A DNA stretch of 63,080 bases, the filler included. It is 5 parts of 5 records of this genome, joined end to end, with 100 filler letters (N's around TTAATTAATTAA, not from the genome) between each part and the next. Parts side by side here need not be neighbours in the genome. Positions count along the whole stretch, not along the records: positions 1 to 22,903 come from SRR31156797_6911; 4 more parts are not named here. One strand, given 5' to 3'. Of the stretch, positions 9,422 to 19,614 are shown piece after piece. The notes below the pieces were generated by a model. The model did not search any database. It saw nothing but the letters and a program-made list of their open reading frames with translations, and was not told the DNA's origin. How positions within the stretch are numbered: the stretch's first letter is position 1; every line of letters begins with the position of its first letter. A program made the position numbers and the translations under genes.

Positions 9422-11089
9422 ATGGCCAATCGTTTGACTGGTGCCGAGGCGTTTGTCGAGTGCCTGAAGGCTGAGGGGTGCGAGTTCGTTTTCGGCGTTC
9501 CGGGCGGACAGACCCTCGCAATCATGAACGTATTGTTCGATAACCCGGATATCCGTTTCATCACAACCCGTCACGAATGCGCGGCCGTACACATGGCCGA
9601 CGCCTATGGCCGAGCCACGGGGCGGCCGGGTATCGCTTTGGCGACGACCGGCCCCGGCGCGACCAACATGGTAACCGGAGTGGGTGGTGCACTGAGGGAC
9701 TCAAGTCCCGCATTGATCGTTACCTGCAATAACCGGCGTCGTCATATCGGGACCGACGACAATCAGGATGCCGACCATATTCCCTTGTTCCGGCAATTCA
9801 CCAAACACTGCCGCTTCGTCCCGGATGCCGAGGCCGTTCCTCATGCCGTGCGCGAGGCTTTCAGGATTGCCCTTTCCGGCAATCCGGGGCCGGTCCATTT
9901 GGATTTTGCGCGTGATGCGTTGGAAGGAAATAAAATCGATTTTATTCCGATGGCTCCTTCCGCCTACCGTCCGATCGCGAAATTGGGGGGAGACAGGACT
10001 GAACTGTCGGCCATTTTCGAGGCGTTGATTGCGGCGAAGCGGCCCGCAATTTGGGTCGGCAAAGGTGTCATCAATGCGAACGCGGGCGATGAGGTGATGG
10101 CTTTTGCCAAAGCCCTCGGCATTCCCGTCGTAACCACATACAACGGTATCGGCTCCGTGCCCGGGAACGATCCCAAGGTCTTCGGGCCGCAAAGCCGGTT
10201 CGGTACGACGTTGTCGCGTGGCGTCCTCAAGAATGCCGACTGCATTCTTCTGGTTGGCAACAGCATGAATGCCGCCTCGACTTCGCGATGGACGTTGCCG
10301 CTGACCGAAAACCTTCTGCAGATCGACATCGATCCCGAGGTGATCGGTCGCCACTACCCGGTCGCTCAGGCGATTGTCGCTGACGCCAAATGGGCGATGG
10401 ATCGTCTGACGGAGATGGCCACCGATGGCGAAACGAAGGCAAAAGCCCAAGATCGGCAGGAGTGGCTTAGACAACTCGGTAAAGAACGAAAAAAATGGCA
10501 GGCCGAGGTTTTTCCGGATACGGATGCATCGGTCTACCCGATCAAGCCGCAATGGGTCATGCGCGAAGCGGCACGGCTGCTTGACGATGACGATATCGTT
10601 GTTGCAGACGCCGGCAATCCCGGCATCTGGACACATCTCCTGCCGATCGAAAAATCCCGTCACTACATGAAACCCGTGGGATTCGGTAACATGGCGTTCG
10701 GGTTGCCTGCGGCCATAGCGGCCAAATTGGCCTGTCCCGGGAAACGTGTCGTTGCCTTTGTCGGCGATGGCTCGCTGGGCATGTGCCTGGGCGAGATCGA
10801 AACGGCGGTCCGTGAAAAGACGGCACTCGTGCTTATCGTCTTAAACGACCGTGCCTACGGCAACATCAAGCAGGAAGAGTTCCACTACTTCGGTCAACGG
10901 TACATCGGTGTCGATTTCTCCGACGTGAAGTTCGCCGACGTTGCGCGCGCCATGGGTGCCGACGGCGAACGGGTGACCCGGCCTGAAGAAATCGGACCGG
11001 TGCTGGAACGTGCCCTCGCTGCGGATTGCCTTTTCCTTCTGGAAGTCCTGATCGACGGCGCCGAAAACGTCTGGAAGGAGCCGATCTGA
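9422..11089 (+). CDS. ThDP-dependent enzyme, acetolactate-synthase-like superfamily
   Basis: FGVPGG, TRHE, GPGATN, GDGSLGM...NDRAYG ThDP motif. Confidence 0.9.
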   Translation: MANRLTGAEAFVECLKAEGCEFVFGVPGGQTLAIMNVLFDNPDIRFITTRHECAAVHMADAYGRATGRPGIALATTGPGATNMVTGVGGALRDSSPALIVTCNNRRRHIGTDDNQDADHIPLFRQFTKHCRFVPDAEAVPHAVREAFRIALSGNPGPVHLDFARDALEGNKIDFIPMAPSAYRPIAKLGGDRTELSAIFEALIAAKRPAIWVGKGVINANAGDEVMAFAKALGIPVVTTYNGIGSVPGNDPKVFGPQSRFGTTLSRGVLKNADCILLVGNSMNAASTSRWTLPLTENLLQIDIDPEVIGRHYPVAQAIVADAKWAMDRLTEMATDGETKAKAQDRQEWLRQLGKERKKWQAEVFPDTDASVYPIKPQWVMREAARLLDDDDIVVADAGNPGIWTHLLPIEKSRHYMKPVGFGNMAFGLPAAIAAKLACPGKRVVAFVGDGSLGMCLGEIETAVREKTALVLIVLNDRAYGNIKQEEFHYFGQRYIGVDFSDVKFADVARAMGADGERVTRPEEIGPVLERALAADCLFLLEVLIDGAENVWKEPI

Positions 11090-11151
11090 AACGCATGTGG
11101 CGAAGGTGATGCGAAGCAATGCGAACCTGATCCCAGGAGTTGAGAGCCATC

Positions 11152-12075
11152 ATGAAATACAGAGAACCCACCTACGAGGCAGTTGAGCTCGGGGAAAGCA
11201 TCGAAAAGACCGTCGAAGCGGATGAACATTACGTCAAAGGACTGGTATTCGCGCTTGACGACGATACTTCGTGGTACAGCTCCGATGAATCGCCGTTCGG
11301 CGGACGCATCGTTCCATCGGCCGGCATAGCCAAGGACCTGGTCGCTCTTTTTCTGGAACGCTACGACCCCGCAAAGGTCGTCGGTCTTCACCAGAAGGAG
11401 GAGATCAGCTTCTTCAAACCGGCTCGTCTCGGGTCGCGGTTGAGCCTCCGCGGTGCGTACACCGACAAATATATGAAGCGCGGCAAAGGCTACACCGTGT
11501 TCGATACCGAGGCGCGAGACGAAAACGGCGATCTGATCGTCCGACAGATCAGCACCGAGATCATGCGCATTCCAGACAAGGTTTCTCTGGGAAGCGGCGA
11601 TGCCAAACCGGAAGCAAAGGACACGGTCGATCCATCCTGGCCAAACGATCGCCAGCCTGTCGCCCGGGCTGCCGTCGATATCGGACTGGGAACACCGGTC
11701 TCGTCTCTCACCAAGACGGCCCACCAGGACCAGATGTCGGTTTTCTCGGGCTGCAACAATCAGTGGCACAACATCCATACCGAAATAGAGGTCGCCAAGC
11801 AGGCCGGTTTTCCTGAGACGCTCGCACAAGGCATGCAGACCTCCTGTTGGATGTCACAAATGTTGTGCGATTTCTTCGGGCCGACCTGGCTGACGAGCGG
11901 ATGGCTCAAGATGATCTATCTGAAGCCGGTTTTTCGTGGCGATACGGTCACCTGCCGGGCCGTTGTTACCGGCAACGAGATGGCCGGGGGCGAAACCATA
12001 CTGAAACTGGAGGTTTGGATAGAGAAGGAAGATGGCGTCGTGGCAAGCATCGGCTGGGCGAGCGCACGGGTTTAA
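11152..12075 (+). CDS. Tandem hotdog-fold (MaoC-like) acyl-CoA dehydratase
   Basis: Two hotdog repeats: SPFGGRIVP..FFKPA and NIHTE..AGFPETLAQG..YLKPVFRGD. Confidence 0.75.
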   Translation: MKYREPTYEAVELGESIEKTVEADEHYVKGLVFALDDDTSWYSSDESPFGGRIVPSAGIAKDLVALFLERYDPAKVVGLHQKEEISFFKPARLGSRLSLRGAYTDKYMKRGKGYTVFDTEARDENGDLIVRQISTEIMRIPDKVSLGSGDAKPEAKDTVDPSWPNDRQPVARAAVDIGLGTPVSSLTKTAHQDQMSVFSGCNNQWHNIHTEIEVAKQAGFPETLAQGMQTSCWMSQMLCDFFGPTWLTSGWLKMIYLKPVFRGDTVTCRAVVTGNEMAGGETILKLEVWIEKEDGVVASIGWASARV

Positions 12076-12127
12076 CCAAGCCAACGATCAACCGTTGGGA
12101 CGCAACGGAGAATAACGGAGGCAATCG

Positions 12128-13126
12128 ATGGCAGGGGACGACGGAACGGGAAGGATTCGTTCGATGACTTACGACGATTCCGCTTTGCGGAAAATTGGCC
12201 GATTCCTTCTGCAACATGCCTCTCTGACAGGACTGGTGGTGCTGATTGTCATCTCAACGGTCATGTCGCCGCATTTCCTGACTCAGGACAATCTTTTCAA
12301 TGTCATGCGCCAGTGGACGATGGTGGGGCTTATTGCTGTCGGCCTCACTTTCGTCATCATTTCCGGGGGGATTGATCTTTCGGGGGGCTCCATTCTCGCG
12401 CTTTGCGCGGTCTCCGGATCGCTGTTGGTGCCGGTGGTCGGTGCCGTATGGGGTATGTTTCTGGTTCTATTGATCGGGTTCGCGTGCGGATACGTCAACG
12501 GTGCAATCATTACCTGGGGGAAAGTGCCGCCCTTCGTGGCAACCCTTGGAATGCTGACGTCGGCTCGTGGGCTGGCTCTCATACTGACCCACGGGCATAC
12601 CAATCCCGTCGAGCTGCCCAGCTGGTTCATATTCTGGTTTGGGCGCGGTTATGTTGGACCGGTACCGGCACCAGTTCTCTTGGCCGCTCTGATTTTCGTT
12701 GTTGCCGGGCTGGTTCTCAATTGGACGCGATATGGCCGATCCGTCAATTTGATCGGCGATGATGTTGTCGCGGCCTACCGCTGCGGAATTCCTGTCGAAC
12801 AGGTGCAACGCAGCGTCTACACCCTGCATGGCGTTTTGGCCGCCGTGGCCGGTCTTCTTTTCCTCGGCCGCCTCAGCGTGGGCGAACCGGCTGCCGGTCA
12901 ACTTTATGAATTGAGTGCCATTGCCGCCGTCGTCATCGGGGGAACGCCGTTCACCGGTGGAACCGGAAACGTGGCATTTACGGCCATTGGTCTGTTCGTC
13001 ATCGGATTGACGTACAACATCCTCAATCTGCTCTCCGTCTCTCCCTACGCGCAGGACGTGGCCCGCGGAATCATCATTATTGTTGCTGTGATGTTCAGTA
13101 TTCGTCGGCTAAAGGCCGCGCGCTGA
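12128..13126 (+). CDS. Sugar ABC transporter permease (RbsC-like)
   Basis: GGIDLSGG, VPPFVATLG, YELSAIAAVVIGGT. Confidence 0.93.
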   Translation: MAGDDGTGRIRSMTYDDSALRKIGRFLLQHASLTGLVVLIVISTVMSPHFLTQDNLFNVMRQWTMVGLIAVGLTFVIISGGIDLSGGSILALCAVSGSLLVPVVGAVWGMFLVLLIGFACGYVNGAIITWGKVPPFVATLGMLTSARGLALILTHGHTNPVELPSWFIFWFGRGYVGPVPAPVLLAALIFVVAGLVLNWTRYGRSVNLIGDDVVAAYRCGIPVEQVQRSVYTLHGVLAAVAGLLFLGRLSVGEPAAGQLYELSAIAAVVIGGTPFTGGTGNVAFTAIGLFVIGLTYNILNLLSVSPYAQDVARGIIIIVAVMFSIRRLKAAR

Positions 13127-13233
13127 AGGCCCAACGGATCGACCGAAGAAAATCGGTCGGCAAAAAAAACGACCGGAGGCAAATACAGCCTGCCGGAATT
13201 GCAAAACAACAGTTGGAGGTAGGAGATTTCCCC

Positions 13234-14169
13234 ATGATTAGAACACCGAAAACATTCGCGGTCGCGTTTGCCGGGGCCGCCCTCTATTTGATGACCGGTG
13301 TGCCTGCTTCGAGCGGCGATGCTCCGTTTACCATCGGACTTGGCCAACCGAATGTCGAACATCCTTACCGCGTTGGTGGGACCAATCGGGCCAAGGCATG
13401 GGCCGCCGAACATCCGGAAGTGATAAAGGAACTGATCGTTGTCGATGGGCGACGGGATAGTGCCGTCCAGTTAAACGGTCTAGAGGACCTATTGGTTCGC
13501 GGTGTCGACGCCCTGGTTCTTTCACCGAACGATTCCAACGCCTTGGCACCAATCGGCGAAGGCGCGAAACGCAAAGGCGTCCCGTTGGTCATTTTCGACC
13601 GCAAGCTCAAAGTTCCGGACGATCAGATTGCAGCCTATGTCGGCGCGGACAACGTCGAGATGGGTAGGGTCGCCGGGCGGTATATCGCCGACAAACTCGG
13701 TGGCAAGGGGGTCGTGATCCAACTCGAAGGAACGCCGGGCGCGTCGGCGACCGTCGACCGCAAGGCCGGCTTCGAGGAGATCATGGCCAAGTTTCCGGGC
13801 ATCAAGTTCTTCAGCTATGTCGGGCACTATCGCAGGCACGAAGCGGTCACCGCCATGGAAGACGCAATGGTCGCCCACTCGGATGCGAAAGCGGTATACG
13901 CGCACAACGATTCCATGGCTCTTGGTGCCGCTCAAGTACTCGACGAACGGGGTAAGAAGGACCTGATCGTCATCGGAATGGATGGTGGCAAGGAGGGATG
14001 CGATGGCGTTGCCAGTGGTGAGATCACGGGGTCGGTGTTTTATCCGACAATGTTCCCCGAGGCGTTGATTACTGCTGTCAAGATCCTGCAAGGCGAAAAG
14101 GTCCCGGCCAAGACCATGCTGGATACTCCTTTGATCACAAAGGCGAACCACGCCGATATCTGTATGTGA
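13234..14169 (+). CDS. Sugar ABC transporter substrate-binding protein (RbsB-like)
   Basis: Signal peptide, VGADNVEMG, AHNDSMALGA, IGMDG; RBS AGGAG before ATG 13234. Confidence 0.92.
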   Translation: MIRTPKTFAVAFAGAALYLMTGVPASSGDAPFTIGLGQPNVEHPYRVGGTNRAKAWAAEHPEVIKELIVVDGRRDSAVQLNGLEDLLVRGVDALVLSPNDSNALAPIGEGAKRKGVPLVIFDRKLKVPDDQIAAYVGADNVEMGRVAGRYIADKLGGKGVVIQLEGTPGASATVDRKAGFEEIMAKFPGIKFFSYVGHYRRHEAVTAMEDAMVAHSDAKAVYAHNDSMALGAAQVLDERGKKDLIVIGMDGGKEGCDGVASGEITGSVFYPTMFPEALITAVKILQGEKVPAKTMLDTPLITKANHADICM

Positions 14170-14179
14170 TCAAAATTTT

Positions 14180-14212
14180 ACGCCGCCCCGGATGGGGCGG
14201 CGTCCATTTTTT
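14180..14212 (+). terminator. Hairpin plus T-run after the binding-protein gene
   Basis: ACGCCGCCCC-GGAT-GGGGCGGCGT then CCATTTTTT. Confidence 0.65.
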
Positions 14213-14251
14213 CAGTCGCATGTTTGTTCGCGGTCGAGGTGAGGAAAAACG

Positions 14252-15022
14252 ATGGAGCCGCTGCTCGAACTGAGAGGGATATCGAAAAGTTTCGGGGCCG
14301 TGCAGGCGCTGAAAAACGTCGATCTGGTCCTCTATCCCGGCGAGGTCCTGGGACTGATCGGCGACAACGGTGCCGGCAAATCGACCTTGATCAAGGTGAT
14401 TGCCGGAGCCCATCCGCCGGACTCGGGTGAGATTCGATTCCATGGTGAAGAGGTCGTGTTCAGGAAACCCGATGATGCACGTTCCGCCGGAATCGAAACG
14501 GTCTACCAGGATTTGGCCCTGTTTGAGAGTTCCAACATAGGGGAAAACCTTTTTGCCGGACGCGAGCCTACCAGGCGGCTGATTGGACTTCCCATTCTCG
14601 ACAAACGTCACATGCACCGCGAGAGCGCCAATATTCTGGATTCCTTGAAAATCAATATCGCGACCACCCATGCATTGGTGAAAGGGTTATCGGGAGGGCA
14701 GCGTCAAACCGTTGCAATCGGGCGGGCCGTGGCCTTCAGCAAGCAGGTGCTTATCCTGGACGAGCCGACGGCGGCGCTCGGCGTACCCGAACAACTCAAG
14801 GTGCTCGACCTGGTCCGCGAGGTCAGGGAAAAAGGGTTTTCGATCATCATCATCACCCACAATCTCGAACATGCCTTTTCCGTGGCCGACCGCTTTCAGG
14901 TGTTGAGGCAGGGCGAAACTGTCGGAACGCCGCGGATCTCCGAAACGACGCCCGACGAAGTCGTGAAACTGATCACCGGTGCCGCCGTCGTGGAACGGGC
15001 GCACGCACGCGAGAAACAATAG
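14252..15022 (+). CDS. Single-domain sugar ABC ATPase
   Basis: GDNGAGKST, LSGGQRQ, LILDEPTAALG. Confidence 0.94.
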   Translation: MEPLLELRGISKSFGAVQALKNVDLVLYPGEVLGLIGDNGAGKSTLIKVIAGAHPPDSGEIRFHGEEVVFRKPDDARSAGIETVYQDLALFESSNIGENLFAGREPTRRLIGLPILDKRHMHRESANILDSLKINIATTHALVKGLSGGQRQTVAIGRAVAFSKQVLILDEPTAALGVPEQLKVLDLVREVREKGFSIIIITHNLEHAFSVADRFQVLRQGETVGTPRISETTPDEVVKLITGAAVVERAHAREKQ

Positions 15023-15089
15023 CTTCATACACCGAACGGCTACCTCCTTGGCGGTGGCTTCGCCAAGGTTGTCAAAAGGAACAATAAGA

Positions 15090-16280
15090 ATGATCGCTGC
15101 ACTCAACGGCATCAAAATTTTGGATCTGTCGCGTTATATCGCCGGCCCGCATTGCGCCATGTTGTTGGGGGACTTGGGGGCCGATGTGATCAAGGTCGAA
15201 AAGGCCGGACAGGGTGACGACATCCGTCATACCTCGCCCAAAATCAATGGCGAAAGCCTTTACGGGATGGCTTTCAATCGCAACAAGAAAAGCATGACCC
15301 TGGATTTCCGGAATCCGGAGGCCCAGGAAATCATCCGCCGGATGGCCGGAAAGGCGGATGTGCTGATTCAAAACTTCCGGCCCGGAATCATGGACAAGAT
15401 GGGGTGCGGTTGGGAAACCCTGCACGCCATGAACGAGCGGCTGATCCTGGTAAACGTATCCGGGTTCGGACAGACCGGTCCCTATGCCCATCGGCCCGGA
15501 TTCGATGTGATCGCCCAAGCGATGAGCGGGCTGATGGATTTGACCGGTCAACCGGACGGCCCTCCGACCATGTCGGGTACCTTTATCGTCGACATTCTGA
15601 CCGCGCAATACGCCGCAATCGGCGTTCTTGGGGCGTTGCAGGCGCGAGAACGGACCGGCAAGGGACAGGTGGTCGAGGTCTGTCTTCTGGAAAGCGCCAT
15701 ATCGACCCTGCTGTCTACTATCCCGGACTACCTGCTGAATGGACGGCAGGCGCGCCGACACGGCAACCAGGACATTTATGTGGCGCCGGGCAATTCTTTC
15801 CAGGCCAGGGACGGGACCTGGGTTCATATCGTGGCGGCGACGGATCCCCAATTCGAGCGACTGGCCAAGGCGATGGAGGCGGATTGGGCGCTGGACGATC
15901 CACGTTTTGCGACCGCGGAGGCACGGCTTAACAATGTCGAAAAGGTCGAATCCTTGGTTGCCGAATGGATAGGCAAACATGATGCCGACGAAGTCGTTGA
16001 GGTCATGGATCGCGCCAGGGTTCCTGCGGCCAAGATTGCCGGGATTTCGGATGTCGTAAACAACCCGCAGGTAATTCACCGCGGTTCCATCGTCGAGATC
16101 GACCATCCTGCGTCGGGACGAATTCCTCTTCAGGGCTTGGCCGTACATCTGTCCGAAACGCCGACGGAAATCCGATTGCCGCCGCCGGTACTGGGTCAGC
16201 ATACCCGAGAAATACTGTCCGATTGGTTGGCAATGGACGATGAAACGATCCTGCGATTGGAGCGGGATGGGGTCGTCTGA
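15090..16280 (+). CDS. CaiB/BaiF family III CoA-transferase
   Basis: LDLSRYIAGP, GADVIKVE, NRNKKS, NFRPG, PGFD..AQAMSG. Confidence 0.94.
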   Translation: MIAALNGIKILDLSRYIAGPHCAMLLGDLGADVIKVEKAGQGDDIRHTSPKINGESLYGMAFNRNKKSMTLDFRNPEAQEIIRRMAGKADVLIQNFRPGIMDKMGCGWETLHAMNERLILVNVSGFGQTGPYAHRPGFDVIAQAMSGLMDLTGQPDGPPTMSGTFIVDILTAQYAAIGVLGALQARERTGKGQVVEVCLLESAISTLLSTIPDYLLNGRQARRHGNQDIYVAPGNSFQARDGTWVHIVAATDPQFERLAKAMEADWALDDPRFATAEARLNNVEKVESLVAEWIGKHDADEVVEVMDRARVPAAKIAGISDVVNNPQVIHRGSIVEIDHPASGRIPLQGLAVHLSETPTEIRLPPPVLGQHTREILSDWLAMDDETILRLERDGVV

Positions 16281-16305
16281 CGATGAACAGGATTGACGGC
16301 AGGCC

Positions 16306-17475
16306 ATGAGCAAAATCGACCGCGTTGAAATTCACGAGTTCCAGTTCGTGGCCGAGAACATCGGCCGCGATTCCGGATCCTTCAATTTCGCCTACCAACC
16401 GGGGGCCAAGATGCCGGTAACGCGGTATGCCGTCGTCTTGTGCACGGACGACGGATTGCGAGGCGAATATGTGATGCAGTTCGGCGGCACCCTGATGGCC
16501 CTGGGCCAGACCCGCGTACTGGCCTCACACCTGTTGGGGAGGGATCCTTTCGCCCGCGAGGAAATCTACAATTGGATGAAGTACGCGCTTCGTCAGTACG
16601 ATCACATGGGTTACGGCCCCATCGATATCTGTCTTTGGGATATCGCGGGAAAGGCTTGTGGAAAGTCCGTTTCCGATCTCTTGGGAGTGTTCCGCCGCAA
16701 ACTTCCGGCCTATGCCAGCACCCTGCACGGTGATTCCAACGGCGGGCTGTCGTCACCCAGGGACTATGCTGATTTCGCCAAGCATTGTCTCGGTCTGGGG
16801 TATCGCGGTTTCAAGGTTCATGGTTGGGGCACGGGGGATGCTGCCAAAGAGGCCGAGACCGTCCGTTTGCTCGGTTGCGAGGTCGGGGGGAAACTGGCCT
16901 TGATGACCGATCCTTGTTGTAGTTTGACGACCTTTGCCGATGCCCTGATGGTCGGACGGGCCTGCGACGAGGCTGGGTTCTTCTGGTATGAGGACCCGCT
17001 TATGGATTCAGGCATATCCGCGCATGTTCATCGCCGCTTGCGTGAAATCCTCGATACCCCCCTGTTGATCACCGAACACGTCCGCGGCCTTGAGGCCAAG
17101 GCCGATTTTATCATCGCCGGGGGCACCGATTTCGTTCGCGCCGATCCGGAGTACGACTTCGGCATAACGGGAACGATGAAAACGGCACATCTCGCGGAAG
17201 CCTTCGGCCTGGATGTGGAGATCCACGGTGTCGGCCCTGCCCATCGCCACTGCATGGCTGCCATCCGCAACACGAATTTCTACGAGATGCTTCTGGTCAG
17301 CCCGACGAATTCCAACCTGACGGCGCCGGTCTATGTATGCGGCTATGACGATCAACTGGAAACCGTGGATGCAAACGGATGCGTCGATGTTCCCGACGGC
17401 CCCGGACTGGGGGTTGAATACGATTGGGATTTCATCGAACGACACCGATCAAACCTTTACGTCGAACCCGCGTAA
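16306..17475 (+). CDS. Mandelate racemase/muconate lactonising enzyme superfamily protein
   Basis: DICLWDIAGK, FKVHGW, WYEDP, PGLG. Confidence 0.88.
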   Translation: MSKIDRVEIHEFQFVAENIGRDSGSFNFAYQPGAKMPVTRYAVVLCTDDGLRGEYVMQFGGTLMALGQTRVLASHLLGRDPFAREEIYNWMKYALRQYDHMGYGPIDICLWDIAGKACGKSVSDLLGVFRRKLPAYASTLHGDSNGGLSSPRDYADFAKHCLGLGYRGFKVHGWGTGDAAKEAETVRLLGCEVGGKLALMTDPCCSLTTFADALMVGRACDEAGFFWYEDPLMDSGISAHVHRRLREILDTPLLITEHVRGLEAKADFIIAGGTDFVRADPEYDFGITGTMKTAHLAEAFGLDVEIHGVGPAHRHCMAAIRNTNFYEMLLVSPTNSNLTAPVYVCGYDDQLETVDANGCVDVPDGPGLGVEYDWDFIERHRSNLYVEPA

Positions 17476-17546
17476 ACCGAGCACTTCCGGATTTCGCGGA
17501 ACCAGAAATGGATGAGGACATTTCCCAACCGATCGGGGCATGAGCA

Positions 17547-18782
17547 ATGATCTCGCATGATACCAAGGCGGATTCGAATCTGCCGGATGAAACTGCGGCA
17601 CATCTGAACGACGGAGCGGTACGCCGCCGGCTTTGCCGGATCGGCAAGGTTGACGTTTTTCTCGTCAGTCGCCGCTGGAATACATTCGTGTTCGTCCGGG
17701 TGGAAACCGACGACGGCCTTCACGGTATCGGCGAAGGGACGCTGGAATGGCAGCCAAAAGCGGTCGAAGCGGCTATCCACCAAATGGCCGAACGCTACCT
17801 GATCGGAGCCTCCGCTTTCGAAATTGAGCGCCTCTGTTTGGACATGTTTCGAAATGAATTTGCGCGTGGCGGACCTGTTGTCAACAGCGCCATCGGGGCG
17901 ATCGAGATGGCGCTATGGGATATCTGCGGGAAAGCCCTTGATCGACCCGTCTATGACCTCATGGGGGGACGCATCCACGACCGCCTTCCCGCCTATGCCA
18001 ATGCTTGGTACGGCGCTGGTGACGATATCGACGGAATAGCCCGTGCGGCGGCACAGGTTGCGGCCAAAGGGTACAGGGGGATCAAATTGGATCCCTTCAA
18101 CGGGGGGCGGGACCCTGACCGCAAGAGCTTGAACCAATCGATCGACCTGATCGCCGCTATTCGCGATGCGGTTGGGCCCGATACGGAAATCATGATCGAT
18201 TGTCACGGACGCTTCAGCGTGGGGACGGCGATTGAAGTGGCGCGGGATCTGGAACCCTCACGCCTCTACTGGATGGAAGAACCGACGGATTCCGAGAATA
18301 TCGGAGCACTGGCGAAAATCGGGCGTTCCATCAAGACCCGGCTCGCTACCGGCGAACGGGTCTATACCCGCTATCATCTTCCGGCTCTGTTGGCGACCGG
18401 CGAAGTGTCGGTTTTGCAGCCTGACATCATGCATGTTGGTGGAATGCTTGAGGCCAAGAAAATCGCTGCCATGGCGGACGCCAACTACATTACCGTGTCT
18501 TACCACAATCCCTTCGGACCGGTGGCGACGGCTGCGGCCATTCAGTTGGATGCCTGCACGACCAACTTTGTCATGCAGGAGTCCTTTTGCGAGTACGACG
18601 TTCCGTGGAGGTTTGATCTGCTAACCAATTGTCCGCGTCCTGTCGAAGGACACTATGAGATTTCGGAGCTTCCGGGACTAGGCGGCATCGACCTCAATCT
18701 AGATGTTGTGAAAGAGCATCCGTACCGGCCGGACGCATTCCTGCCGATGTGGGAAATGAAGGATTGGCGCACTCGATTCTAG
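17547..18782 (+). CDS. Enolase-superfamily acid-sugar dehydratase (DgoD/RspA-like)
   Basis: EMALWDICGK, DCHGR, WMEEP, TGER, QPD, HNPFGP. Confidence 0.85.
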   Translation: MISHDTKADSNLPDETAAHLNDGAVRRRLCRIGKVDVFLVSRRWNTFVFVRVETDDGLHGIGEGTLEWQPKAVEAAIHQMAERYLIGASAFEIERLCLDMFRNEFARGGPVVNSAIGAIEMALWDICGKALDRPVYDLMGGRIHDRLPAYANAWYGAGDDIDGIARAAAQVAAKGYRGIKLDPFNGGRDPDRKSLNQSIDLIAAIRDAVGPDTEIMIDCHGRFSVGTAIEVARDLEPSRLYWMEEPTDSENIGALAKIGRSIKTRLATGERVYTRYHLPALLATGEVSVLQPDIMHVGGMLEAKKIAAMADANYITVSYHNPFGPVATAAAIQLDACTTNFVMQESFCEYDVPWRFDLLTNCPRPVEGHYEISELPGLGGIDLNLDVVKEHPYRPDAFLPMWEMKDWRTRF

Positions 18783-18927
18783 ACAAGCGGGAAACCGGCT
18801 TTTTGGGGCTTTGATGCCGGGGGAGGAAGCGGAAGGGCAGGAGAGGCGAAACTATCGCTACCGAACCATCAGAAACCGCGTCCCGTGATTACCGTGCCCA
18901 AGCGATCCGGCACCGGTAGGGAGGAAT

Positions 18928-19614
18928 ATGTTGTCGATGGGGCCGCGATTGCTATTGGATACCGCCAACCCGACCCATTGGGAACGCTGGTTGCCGACCG
19001 GAATATTTCATGGCGTCGAAACCAATCCGCAGCTGCTGGAACGTGCAGATATTTCGTGTTCGTTGGCGGCTCTGGAAAATCTGGTCGGCCACGGTTTCGA
19101 ATTGGGAGCTCGCGAGATTCACGTTCAGGCGTGGGGAGGGGATGCCACGTCTCTTGAGGCTTCAGGTCGTCGTTTGGCCGCTTTCGACAGCCGTGTCGGC
19201 GTCAAGATATGGGCCACCCGGGAAGGCGTAACGGCAGCGGCCAGACTAACGGCGGACGGGATTCCGGTGATCATGACTGGCCTCTATGCGGCCCACCAGG
19301 TGCTGATCGCCGGTGCCCTCGGTGCCGCCTATGCGGCGCCGGTCTTCGCGCGCATGAACGAGGCCGGCATCGATGGTTGGAAAGAGATAATTGCCATGCA
19401 CCGGATTGTCCGAGCGACCGGCAGCCGGACACGCATTCTCGTCGCCAGCCTCCGCCGACTCGGCGATCTCGTCGCTTTCGCGCAAGAGGGCCTTGATGCC
19501 CTGGCCGTTTCACCAGCGGTGGCCAACGAGATGTTTGATGAACCGCGTACCGATCGAGTGGCCGAGGCTCTGAATTCGATCGCTCTAAATACCGGTGCGG
19601 AGCGGCTGCCATGA
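18928..19614 (+). CDS. Transaldolase/fructose-6-phosphate aldolase family protein, atypical
   Basis: LLLDTAN, ETNP, VKIWAT (Schiff-base Lys), ILVASLR. Confidence 0.85.
   Translation: MLSMGPRLLLDTANPTHWERWLPTGIFHGVETNPQLLERADISCSLAALENLVGHGFELGAREIHVQAWGGDATSLEASGRRLAAFDSRVGVKIWATREGVTAAARLTADGIPVIMTGLYAAHQVLIAGALGAAYAAPVFARMNEAGIDGWKEIIAMHRIVRATGSRTRILVASLRRLGDLVAFAQEGLDALAVSPAVANEMFDEPRTDRVAEALNSIALNTGAERLP

Noticed and set aside
15072-16313. Long antisense ORFs in the GC-rich contig (also 3012-4025, 9701-10663, 19329-20432)
   Set aside because: Shadows of well-supported genes, expected with high-GC codon bias; no motifs.
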